Positions 1-8,546 of a stretch of 32,000 nucleotides of DNA are shown here, piece after piece. Origin of the DNA: Planctopirus limnophila DSM 3776 (GTDB taxonomy: Bacteria; Planctomycetota; Planctomycetia; Planctomycetales; Planctomycetaceae); assembly GCF_000092105.1 (NCBI RefSeq), contig NC_014148.1:2790001-2822000 (forward strand). The letters are read 5' to 3'. How positions within the stretch are numbered: the stretch's first letter is position 1; each line of letters opens with the position of its first letter. A model generated the notes under the pieces. The model saw only the letters and a list, made by a program, of their open reading frames with translations, made no database searches and was not told the origin of the DNA. The position numbers and the translations under genes are program-made.

Positions 1-1153
1 CAGCCGTAGGCATCTCGACGACCGGAGTGCGTCCAAATTCACCGCCCCAGATCACCAGCGTTTCGTCAAACAAACCACGCTCTTTCAGGTCCGTTAACAA
101 TTGGGCGATCCCGCCATCAATCTGCCCTGCCAGACGACGATGCCCCTCTTCGAGATCATCATGGTTATCCCAGGGCTGCCCTTCGCCATGCCAGAGTTGA
201 ATAAATCGCACACCCCGTTCCACCAGCCGTCTGGCAATCAATAACTGACGCCCCTGCACAGAATCCCCATAAGCTTCGAGAATGTGCTTGGGTTCTTTCT
301 GAATATCGAATGCATCCGTCGCCTCCATCTGCATACGATACGCCAGCTCAAAGGAATGAATGCGGGCATCCAGAGCGGCATCTTCCGCTCGCTTCGCCTG
401 ATGCAATTGATTCAGCTTCTGCAGCAAATCGAGTTGCCGGCGCTGTTCAGGCAGTGAAGCCACATGACTCTTAATGTTCTCAATGAGCTTCTCAATATCG
501 CGATGACGCGTATCGATATGTGTTCCCTGATAGACACCAGGCAAAAAGGCCGACCGCCAGTTCTGCGTCCCCGTGATCGGCAGACCATTGGGACACATGG
601 CAATAAAGCCCGGCAAATTCTGGTTTTCACTCCCCATGCCATAGGTCACCCACGCCCCCAGGCTGGGCCGCGCGAGGCGGGCGTCGCCACAATTCATCAG
701 CATCAATGATGGCTCATGATTGGGAACGTCTGCATGCATCGAGTGAATGATGGCCATATCGTCGATGTGTTTGGCCGTCTTGGCGAACAGTTCGCTGACA
801 TAGACCCCGTTCTGGCCGTACTGCTGAAACTTAAACGGCGAGGCAAGGGCAGCGCCTGTCTTCCGCTCCGTCTTCAAAGTTTCGACGGGGAGAGCCTTGC
901 CACCATACTTCTGCAGTTCAGGCTTATAGTCGAACGTGTCCACATGAGAAGGCCCGCCATTGCAGAAGATGTGGATCACATGCTTGGCTTTTGCAGGGAA
1001 GTGGGCAGGGCGGGGCTGCATCGGAGATGAAAACTGCTTGGGCCCGGCAGAAATTTCCGCCATGGCCTGTTCAGTCGTCATTCCCGCCAGAGCCAGTGCA
1101 CCAAAGCCACAACCCGATCGGGCCAGAAACTCTCGGCGTGATGAATAAAACAT
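1..1153 (-). CDS. DUF1501-family protein (sulfatase/alkaline-phosphatase-like fold) with Tat-type signal; C-terminal end lies outside the window
   Basis: Absent from the ORF track because it is open at the window edge. My minus-strand translation from ATG at 1153 runs without a stop to position 2: MFYSSRREFLARSGCGFGALALAG (twin-arginine-like SRREFL), HVIHIFCNGGPSHVDTFDYKP, DVPNHEPS, VIWGGEFGRTPV. These are hallmark DUF1501 blocks. The gene sits 121 nt downstream of the DUF1553 gene on the same strand. Confidence 0.85.
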   Translation of the reverse strand, partial: MFYSSRREFLARSGCGFGALALAGMTTEQAMAEISAGPKQFSSPMQPRPAHFPAKAKHVIHIFCNGGPSHVDTFDYKPELQKYGGKALPVETLKTERKTGAALASPFKFQQYGQNGVYVSELFAKTAKHIDDMAIIHSMHADVPNHEPSLMLMNCGDARLARPSLGAWVTYGMGSENQNLPGFIAMCPNGLPITGTQNWRSAFLPGVYQGTHIDTRHRDIEKLIENIKSHVASLPEQRRQLDLLQKLNQLHQAKRAEDAALDARIHSFELAYRMQMEATDAFDIQKEPKHILEAYGDSVQGRQLLIARRLVERGVRFIQLWHGEGQPWDNHDDLEEGHRRLAGQIDGGIAQLLTDLKERGLFDETLVIWGGEFGRTPVVEMPTA

Positions 1154-1274
1154 GGTTAACCTGCCTTGTCGATCAAGGGCTGCGAAATTACGTCGTGCCA
1201 CTTTTGATTCGGATCTATGTCACTTGATTCACAGGGCTACATGCCGGTTGGCAGCCGTTGAACACCAAAATTCT

Positions 1275-4166
1275 TCAATCGACAAACAAGTACTCATTGG
1301 TCATCAGCAATACCTGAGCCAGTTGCTGCCAAGGTGTGAGATGCTGATCTTTTTTCTCGGCATTTTCAGCAGGTTTCCCAGTGGAACCTGTCATCACAAA
1401 TTCAACGGCCAGCTTCTTCTCTTCAGGTGTGGGCACCCGGCTGAGAACCCGCTTGTAAAGCTCGGTTACGGCTTTATCCCCATCGTTGGCGGGCACCTTA
1501 ATCGATGCTGCCAGCAATCGGGTCTGATCGGCCACAAACTCGGAATTCAGGAAGAATAACGCCTGCTGAGGAACCGTCGTTTGCGGGCGAGCGGGAGCAC
1601 TGGCATCGGGATCGGCAAAATCAAAAGCCCGGAATGTCCCCGGTAGATCATTGCGGTTAATCAGTGCATAGACCGTTCTTCGATGCTCTTTGGGGTCTGT
1701 CAGGCTGCCAAATGGTCGCCCTCCATGAGATTCATCCAAGGTTTGCGAAACAAACAGCATCGAGTCGCGCATAGCCTCCAGGCTGAGTCTTTGCCGGGGC
1801 ATGTAGCTGAGCAGTCGATTCTCGGGATCAACCGTCAGCGATTTTTCTGTAGGCGTACTCGCCTGACGATAAACCGCCGATTTTAAAATCAGACGATGCA
1901 GTTTCTTCACTGACCATCCCGAACGAATGAATTCGCGGGCCAGATAATCGAGCAATTCCGGATGGGAAGGGGGTTCGCCACGAATTCCAAAATCACTCGC
2001 TGTACGCACCAGTCCATTACCAAAATGCTGCTGCCAGACACGGTTCACCATCACTCGAGCTGCCAGATGCTGAGCAGAACCCGTGATCGCTTCTGCCAAT
2101 TCCAGGCGTCCGCTCCCTTTTTTGAACGGCGCCCCCGTAGGATTCAAAACCTTCAGGAACTGCCGCTGAACTTCATTTCCCTGTCGGCCCGGATTACCTC
2201 GCTGGAAGACACGCTGGCCACCGATTTTCTCGCGATCCAGCAACACCATCGCTCTGGGCGGAGCACCGGGGGAAGTGACCTTGAGTTCTTCCACCTTGCG
2301 GCGTTTTGCCCGCAGGTCGTCGTTCATTGCGCGGTCAAAGGCCTGTCGAGCCTCGTTGATTGTCCATTTTGTCGGTGAGGCATCTCCATAGAGTACCACC
2401 CGCAATTGCTCTTGAGACCCTTCCACAAAGGCTTTGGAATCAGGATTCTGCTTGAGGTATTCCTGCCAGGCACCGTCAATCTCACGGAACAATTCGCCAT
2501 AAAGGCGAGCCAGATCGTATAAGTTGACCGGCTTCTTCTCTTCGAGTTTTTTGAGCAGTAGAGGATGAACTGGCTTGCTTCCTTCACCCGAGGCTTTCGC
2601 CTTTGTGATCAGTTCATCCAGCTTAGAAGAAAACTCGCTGGCCTTGAGCCCGAAGGTGTCGTACCAGACACCGAACACCAGTTGATTTCTGTCACGATGA
2701 TTGTTCAACCAGTCGCGCCACTGATTCACCATGCGTGGCTGCGGTTCCTCGCCTTCAATCTTCATCTGAGCGTCATCACGTGCAGGGGATGACTGCTTGA
2801 TCAACAATTGCAGAATCTCTCCCACTCGATGCCTCATCGAGTGCTGGACTTTCTCAAAGTACTTCTGCTCGGCCTCATCGACAACTTTTTCCCGCTTTGC
2901 CAGTTCTTCGAGAAACTCCTTATAAGCCTGCGAATCCCCTGGCTTGCCAATCTCGGGAAGCTCTTCCGGCTCGTAAGAGGCCTGAAAAATGCCATAAAAA
3001 CCGTAATATTCATCGATCGAGACCGGGTCGAACTTATGATCGTGGCACCGGGCACATTGCACTGTCATGCCCAGAAAACCACGCATGGTCACATCAATGC
3101 GGTCATCGATAATGTCATGTGTATTGTTGAGATAACGCCTGCCGGTCGTCAGAAAGCCCAACGCGGCCAGATGCATCTTGTCTGGCCCGGCATCCACCTG
3201 ATCGGCCGCCAACTGGTACTTAACGAATTCGTTGTAAGGCATGTCGCTGTTGAATGCCTGAATAACCCAGTCACGGTAGGTATAGGCGTATGGGTAACGA
3301 TGCTCGTCTGTGAAAACATACCCTTTGGTATCGGCATATCGAGCCACATCCAGCCAGTGGCGTCCCCAGCGCTCACCATAACGTGGAGAATCGAGCAATC
3401 GATTGACGACTGTCTCTTCAGCACTTGGCGACCGATCTGACATGAAGGACTGAACTTCCGCAAAAGTTGGTGGCAGTCCATGCAGATCAAAGGTCACTCG
3501 ACGAATCCATTTCGCTTTATCTGCAGCGGACGACAGATCGAGGCCCACTCCCTCCAGCTTATGAAGAATGTACTGGTCGACAGGTGTTTTGACCTTGGAA
3601 CGATTTTTTACTGAGGGAGGAGGGGATTCATTGAGTGGTTGAAATGCCCAGTGCTTTTCACGGGCCACTTGAGGATCGCGGAGATTATCGCCAGAGGGCG
3701 CCCCATCCTGTGCCGATTTTGGCCAGACAGCACCCGCATCAATCCAGCGTTTCAGGTCGGCAATCGCAGCTTCGGGTAACTTCCCTTTCGGAGGCATCTG
3801 AATGTCATCATCGCGGTATTCGATCACTTTGAAGAGTCGGCTCTCAGGGCTCTTACCTGGGAGGATCACATGGCCTGAAGAAATTTTGGCTCGCGATGAA
3901 GTGATTGAATCGAGGCGGACATCGCCTTCCTGTTTTTTGGGGCCGTGACAATCGAGGCAATGCTCGACCAGGAGCGGACGAACGCGGTTTTCAAAGAACG
4001 CCACTTGAGCGGGGTCAGCCGCGTCATCGGCCTGAGCGACGGCAGGTATCGCATGAGCAACAAGCATCAGGAGAACCAGGACTGCGTACTGCACGAAATG
4101 GCGGCCCCTGGAACTGTTTCCAGTCGTACCTGGATCGATCAGACGAAGCTCGCGAAGTGTCAACAT
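1275..4166 (-). CDS. PSCyt (planctomycete cytochrome c) / DUF1549 / DUF1553 multidomain secreted protein
   Basis: 963-aa ORF with ATG at 4166. N-terminal hydrophobic signal (VLVLLMLVAHAIPAVAQA), CxxCH heme-type motif (EHCLDCHGPKK), the CARCHDHKFDP box typical of DUF1549, and a long DUF1553-like C-terminal half. Followed by a DUF1501 gene. Confidence 0.9.
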   Translation of the reverse strand: MLTLRELRLIDPGTTGNSSRGRHFVQYAVLVLLMLVAHAIPAVAQADDAADPAQVAFFENRVRPLLVEHCLDCHGPKKQEGDVRLDSITSSRAKISSGHVILPGKSPESRLFKVIEYRDDDIQMPPKGKLPEAAIADLKRWIDAGAVWPKSAQDGAPSGDNLRDPQVAREKHWAFQPLNESPPPSVKNRSKVKTPVDQYILHKLEGVGLDLSSAADKAKWIRRVTFDLHGLPPTFAEVQSFMSDRSPSAEETVVNRLLDSPRYGERWGRHWLDVARYADTKGYVFTDEHRYPYAYTYRDWVIQAFNSDMPYNEFVKYQLAADQVDAGPDKMHLAALGFLTTGRRYLNNTHDIIDDRIDVTMRGFLGMTVQCARCHDHKFDPVSIDEYYGFYGIFQASYEPEELPEIGKPGDSQAYKEFLEELAKREKVVDEAEQKYFEKVQHSMRHRVGEILQLLIKQSSPARDDAQMKIEGEEPQPRMVNQWRDWLNNHRDRNQLVFGVWYDTFGLKASEFSSKLDELITKAKASGEGSKPVHPLLLKKLEEKKPVNLYDLARLYGELFREIDGAWQEYLKQNPDSKAFVEGSQEQLRVVLYGDASPTKWTINEARQAFDRAMNDDLRAKRRKVEELKVTSPGAPPRAMVLLDREKIGGQRVFQRGNPGRQGNEVQRQFLKVLNPTGAPFKKGSGRLELAEAITGSAQHLAARVMVNRVWQQHFGNGLVRTASDFGIRGEPPSHPELLDYLAREFIRSGWSVKKLHRLILKSAVYRQASTPTEKSLTVDPENRLLSYMPRQRLSLEAMRDSMLFVSQTLDESHGGRPFGSLTDPKEHRRTVYALINRNDLPGTFRAFDFADPDASAPARPQTTVPQQALFFLNSEFVADQTRLLAASIKVPANDGDKAVTELYKRVLSRVPTPEEKKLAVEFVMTGSTGKPAENAEKKDQHLTPWQQLAQVLLMTNEYLFVD

Positions 4167-4349
4167 GTCGTATCACCGTCGGCAGGGCAGGGGAGAGTCA
4201 ATGCAGGAGGGCAAATGATCGGCAGGAGTTTCATGCGAACATGATCACATCAAACTTTCTTTACTTATTGTGTCGGTCATTTCGCCAATCATCAAGGGAA
4301 AATTATGCCCGGCCGATGCAATCCGCATGATGTCACGAAGTCAACAGCC

Positions 4350-4390
4350 ATAAAGCAACGAGCCCGCCAGAATTTCTCCTGACGGGCTCG
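4350..4390 (-). terminator. Probable intrinsic terminator downstream of EF-G
   Basis: CGAGCCCG (4359-4366) pairs perfectly with CGGGCTCG (4383-4390). On the minus strand the hairpin is followed by TTGCTTTATGG. It starts about 30 nt after the EF-G stop at 4422. Confidence 0.5.
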
Positions 4391-4421
4391 CTTGAGGCCT
4401 TTATTCAATTCGAAGCAGCCA

Positions 4422-6554
4422 TTACGTCTTTGCCAGACGTTCAGCTTTTTCCTTCTTGCGTTTTTCGACCACTTCGTCGACCAGGTTGCGTGGCAGCATG
4501 GAGTAGCGGCTGAATTCCATGGTGAACGTACCCTTACCCTGCGTCATCGAACGCAGTTCGTTGGCATAGTCGAACATCATGGACAGAGGAACTTCAGCAC
4601 TGATGACGGCAGTTCCCAGGTTGGTATCCGAGGAATTGATCACACCACGCTTGCTGGAGAGCTGCCCTGTCACTGAACCCTGGAACTCTTCGGGAACTTC
4701 CACTTCGAGCTTCATGATCGGCTCCAGCAGACCGATATCGGCCTTCTTGAGCGTATCACGCATACAATCGAAACCGCAGATGTCGAACGCCATTTCCGAA
4801 GAATCGACGTCGTGGTAGCTGCCGTCCTGCAGAACCATACGGACATTCACCACTTCGCACTCGCAGAGTGGCCCCTTGACGATCCCGCGCTGGAAGCCCT
4901 TATCCGTTGGAGCAATATACTCCTTCGGAATACGACCACCGGAAACGTCATTCACGAATTCATAAGGCATCACGCTGTCTTCAGGCAATGGTTCCAGGTA
5001 GCCCACAATGTGAGCAAACTGACCTGAACCACCGGTCTGCTTCTTGTGCTTCCAGTTGAATTCCACCTTCTTGGTCGGTGTTTCGCGGTAAGCCACACGT
5101 GGCTGACCAACGATACATTCGACGCCATATTCTCGCTTGATGCGCTCTACATAAATATCGAGGTGCAACTGCCCCATACCGGCAATCAGCGTCTGACCAG
5201 TTTCTTCGTCAGTCAAAACGCGGAAAGTCGGATCTTCACGGCGGAAACGTTCCAGAGCTTTGCCGAGCTTGTCTGCCCCATCGCGCTTCACTGGCTCGAT
5301 CGAGAGACGGATCACGGCGTCAGGCACGAAGATGCTTTCCAGCGAATAGTTCGTGCCTTCTGCGCAGAACGTATCCCCCGATGCACAATCAACACCCACC
5401 AGAGCCACAATGTCACCAGCTTCACCCGTTTCAATATCTTCACGGCTGTTGGCGTGCATGCGCACCAGTCGGCCAAAGCGCACTCGCTTGCCCGTACGGG
5501 TGTTAACATAGCTATCACCCTTAATGATCTTGCCCTGATAGATACGGGTGTAAGTCAACTGACCAAACTGCTCGACAACGGTCTTGAAGGCCATACAGAC
5601 GAGCGGCTTAGCAGGATCTGACGAGAGCGGTACCCGGTTCCAACCTGGCTGAAGGGCCGAAGTATCCGCTGGCGGCTTCATGTCGTTGTCCATGGCCGAC
5701 AGTTCGCGATCCAGCGGGCTGGGCAGGTAGTATGTCACTGCATCGAGCAATTCCTGCACACCCTTGTTCTTGTAAGCCGTGCCCATCATGACAGGAACGA
5801 TCTTATGTGTCAGCGTGCAATCGCGAATGATGGGACGGAGTTGTTCAGCGGAGAGTGGCTGCTCTTCGAGAATCGCCATGGCCACGTCATCATTGAACAT
5901 CGAGAGTGTCTCGAGCATGAACAGACGAGCTTCGGCAGCTTTCTCAGCATATTGAGCAGGGATTTCTTCATAGCGAACGACTTCGCCGTCTTCTCCATCG
6001 AAGAACGCTGCGCGCATTTCGACAAGATCGATGACGCCTTCGAAAGCTGCTTCACGACCCATGGGAATCTGCAGAGGGCAGGGGTTGACCATGAGCTTAT
6101 CGCGCACCATCCCAATGACCTTCTCGGGATTGGCCCCAGTACGATCCATTTTGTTGATGAACGCAATGCGTGGCACCTTATACCGCTTCATCTGGCGGTC
6201 AACAGTCAGCGACTGACTTTGCACACCACCGACGGAGCAGAGCACGAGGATCGCACCATCGAGCACGCGCAGACTGCGTTCCACTTCCACGGTGAAGTCC
6301 ACGTGGCCAGGAGTGTCGATGAGATTAACGGTGTAATCCTTCCACGTGACTTGCGTCGCAGCGGAAGTGATCGTGATCCCTTTTTCGCGTTCGAGTTCCA
6401 TGTGGTCCATGGTAGCCCCGACGCCGTCCTTACCTTTCACTTCGTGAATCGAGTGAATACGGCCGGAGTAAAACAGAATGCGCTCGGAGAGCGTCGTTTT
6501 GCCGGAGTCAATGTGGGCCGAAACACCAATGTTGCGGTAACGGGATAGATCCAT
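4422..6554 (-). CDS. fusA: Elongation factor G, mitochondrial-like / spd-type EF-G1
   Basis: ORF 4422..6596. The conserved N-terminus starts at the internal ATG 6554 (MDLSRYRNIGVSAHIDSGKTTL, G1 motif). DTPGHVDF, NKMD and full domains II-V are present. The block HEVKGKDGVGATMDHMELEREKGITI matches the mitochondrial EF-G1 type rather than the E. coli-type [23 protein letters not shown]. Confidence 0.93.
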   Translation of the reverse strand: MDLSRYRNIGVSAHIDSGKTTLSERILFYSGRIHSIHEVKGKDGVGATMDHMELEREKGITITSAATQVTWKDYTVNLIDTPGHVDFTVEVERSLRVLDGAILVLCSVGGVQSQSLTVDRQMKRYKVPRIAFINKMDRTGANPEKVIGMVRDKLMVNPCPLQIPMGREAAFEGVIDLVEMRAAFFDGEDGEVVRYEEIPAQYAEKAAEARLFMLETLSMFNDDVAMAILEEQPLSAEQLRPIIRDCTLTHKIVPVMMGTAYKNKGVQELLDAVTYYLPSPLDRELSAMDNDMKPPADTSALQPGWNRVPLSSDPAKPLVCMAFKTVVEQFGQLTYTRIYQGKIIKGDSYVNTRTGKRVRFGRLVRMHANSREDIETGEAGDIVALVGVDCASGDTFCAEGTNYSLESIFVPDAVIRLSIEPVKRDGADKLGKALERFRREDPTFRVLTDEETGQTLIAGMGQLHLDIYVERIKREYGVECIVGQPRVAYRETPTKKVEFNWKHKKQTGGSGQFAHIVGYLEPLPEDSVMPYEFVNDVSGGRIPKEYIAPTDKGFQRGIVKGPLCECEVVNVRMVLQDGSYHDVDSSEMAFDICGFDCMRDTLKKADIGLLEPIMKLEVEVPEEFQGSVTGQLSSKRGVINSSDTNLGTAVISAEVPLSMMFDYANELRSMTQGKGTFTMEFSRYSMLPRNLVDEVVEKRKKEKAERLAKT

Positions 6555-6710
6555 GATTTCAAAAATCCGTGAAAGGGACAGAAAACAACCAGACAATCAG
6601 AAACCTTGATTTGCCTCGGCAGATCAGCCGCCGGAGGAACTTCAGGAAACAAACCATCTGATCGACAGAAAGTGAGTGAAAAACAACTTCTGCGATCACT
6701 GGGGCTGAGG

Positions 6711-6929
6711 ATGAAAACCCTGACGCAGAAAGAACTTAGGATTTTAGCATCGTTGAAAAAGGCGATGCTGTTCGGGGCAGTAATCAGTGGAATCGCAGTG
6801 ATCAGTCAGACCACTGTCGTGATGCACGAGAGAGTAGGGCTCCTCAAAATGACCCCGATACTCGCGCACCACGGAAACTACATGGGTGGAGGAACTTCCC
6901 AAATCAGCATTCTCGATTTTCCCAACTGA
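6711..6929 (+). CDS. Hypothetical small protein (72 aa) with one hydrophobic segment; weak call
   Basis: Internal ATG of ORF 6606..6929: MKTLTQKELRILASLKKAMLFGAVISGIAVISQTTVV. It is the only ORF of any length in an otherwise gene-free 670-bp region. No recognisable family and no well-spaced SD. Confidence 0.25.
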   Translation: MKTLTQKELRILASLKKAMLFGAVISGIAVISQTTVVMHERVGLLKMTPILAHHGNYMGGGTSQISILDFPN

Positions 6930-7223
6930 ATTCCCACTTCATAAAACAAACTTCTCAAAGCATCCCCAGAATCATCAGGCAAAGAACTGCTGAGGAGAGA
7001 AGCATGAATCCTGAAATGCACACTAGTACAGCGTAATCTGAGATAATCCAGACTATGCCTATTTAGCAGTACAATATCTTTCCTGCGATCTTTCGTGAAG
7101 TCTCGATGGGCTCGCGGTAGAAAACTTGTTCAAAAATTCCCAACTCTCTCAGGCAAAAGGATATCCAGCCGCTGTTCAGCAGACATTTCCTTCCCCTCGG
7201 GGACCTGTTCTGCATGTCCTGCG

Positions 7224-8273
7224 TTAATCGCATGAGCTTGCTGCCACCGTTTGAAACGACTCCACGACTCGTGGCAAACAATCGCCGGGAATATCCAGAT
7301 GTGTGCACAAACGAATTTTCTGGCGGCCAAAGGCCAGCACAAGGACACCTTCCCGCTGCAAAAGTTCGACGAATCGATCAGCAGGGCCCCACTCTTTGGC
7401 AATTTCGATGATCACAATATTCGTCGAAACAGCCTTCAGATCGATCGAAAGCTGGGGAACATTGGCGATCTGTTCCGCTAACCAGCGAGCATGCGCATGG
7501 TCGTCTTTCAATCGCTCGACATGATGATCGAGAGCGAACAACGCGGAAGCAGCCATCATCCCGCCCTGCCGAATGCCGCCACCAAAGAGCTTACGGGCAC
7601 GTCTGGCTCTGGCCATCATCGGCTGGCTTCCCACAAGCATGGAACCCATCGGGCAGCCCAATCCTTTGGAAAAACAGATCGAGACGGTATCGGCGAACTC
7701 GCAAAACTCCCGTGGGCTGTAACCTATAGCCTGACAGGCATTGAACAAACGCGCGCCATCGACATGCACTGCCAGATGACGGGCATGTGCCCAATCGGCG
7801 ACTTCACGAAATGCCTGAAGTGGCCAGGGTCTGCCACCACCGCGATTTGTTGTATTTTCAACACAGACCACTTTTGTGATCGATTCATGCTGATCGTGGC
7901 CGTGAATCATCCCTTCCAGTTGATCTGCACGAAAGATTCCCCCTTCGCCATCAATCAATCGACAAGTCACACCATGCAGGGCAGCAGGGGCTCCTTGTTC
8001 GTAATAAAAGATGTGTGAGGAACCATCGAGCAGGATTTCGTCACCACTCGAGCAATGGGCTCGCAAGGCCATCTGATTGGATTGAATTCCTGAACAGGCA
8101 TAAACAGCAGCTTCCTTACCCAGCATTTCCGCCACACGCTGTTCGAGCCGATTGATTGTCGGATCTTCGCCGAACATATCATCGCCCACTTCAGCTTCCG
8201 CAATCACCCGCCGCATCTCGGGAGTCGGCCGTGTCACTGTATCGCTGCGTAAATCGATTGTTCTGACATTCAC
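7224..8273 (-). CDS. ltaE: Low-specificity L-threonine aldolase (PLP-dependent)
   Basis: 349 aa, N-terminus VNVRTIDLRSDTVTRPTPEMR...GDDMFGEDPT is the classic threonine aldolase signature. A GTG start at 8273 is required to keep the DLRSDTVT block. Confidence 0.88.
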   Translation of the reverse strand: MNVRTIDLRSDTVTRPTPEMRRVIAEAEVGDDMFGEDPTINRLEQRVAEMLGKEAAVYACSGIQSNQMALRAHCSSGDEILLDGSSHIFYYEQGAPAALHGVTCRLIDGEGGIFRADQLEGMIHGHDQHESITKVVCVENTTNRGGGRPWPLQAFREVADWAHARHLAVHVDGARLFNACQAIGYSPREFCEFADTVSICFSKGLGCPMGSMLVGSQPMMARARRARKLFGGGIRQGGMMAASALFALDHHVERLKDDHAHARWLAEQIANVPQLSIDLKAVSTNIVIIEIAKEWGPADRFVELLQREGVLVLAFGRQKIRLCTHLDIPGDCLPRVVESFQTVAASSCD

Positions 8274-8422
8274 TACGACTAACCCTTAGATTTCGAACGA
8301 CCTGTCATCGAACACCATCCACCCTCTGGAGAGACAATTCACTCAGGAGGTGGGCTCTCGTGGACTTCAAGAGACGCTTTACCTACCATACATTATGCAT
8401 TTTCGATTCACTGATCACATAT

Positions 8423-8451
8423 GACAGAGATCGGACAGGACAGAGATCGGA
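8423..8451. promoter_or_regulatory. Perfect 13-bp direct repeat GACAGAGATCGGA x2 (16-bp period) in the ltaE/hisD divergent intergenic region
   Basis: Copies at 8423-8435 and 8439-8451, about 100 nt upstream of the hisD ATG. GATCACA also recurs at 8413-8419 and 8450-8456. Confidence 0.4.
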
Positions 8452-8546
8452 TCACACCGAAGAGAATGCCAGTCATTGCCCGAAAGCGAAAGCTCAGGCA
8501 GATGACTTCCTGCGACGATTGAAATTTAACCTCGGAATCACCTCCC

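Noticed and set aside
5805-6548. 247-aa plus-strand ORF inside EF-G (similar case: 15297..16001 inside the kinase)
   Set aside because: Both are antisense to strongly conserved protein frames. Such shadow ORFs are expected from codon bias, and neither has any supporting motif.
6555-6596. N-terminal 14-aa extension of EF-G (ORF track start at 6596)
   Set aside because: The extension (MSGCFLSLSRIFEI) precedes the universally conserved EF-G N-terminus, which begins at the ATG at 6554.
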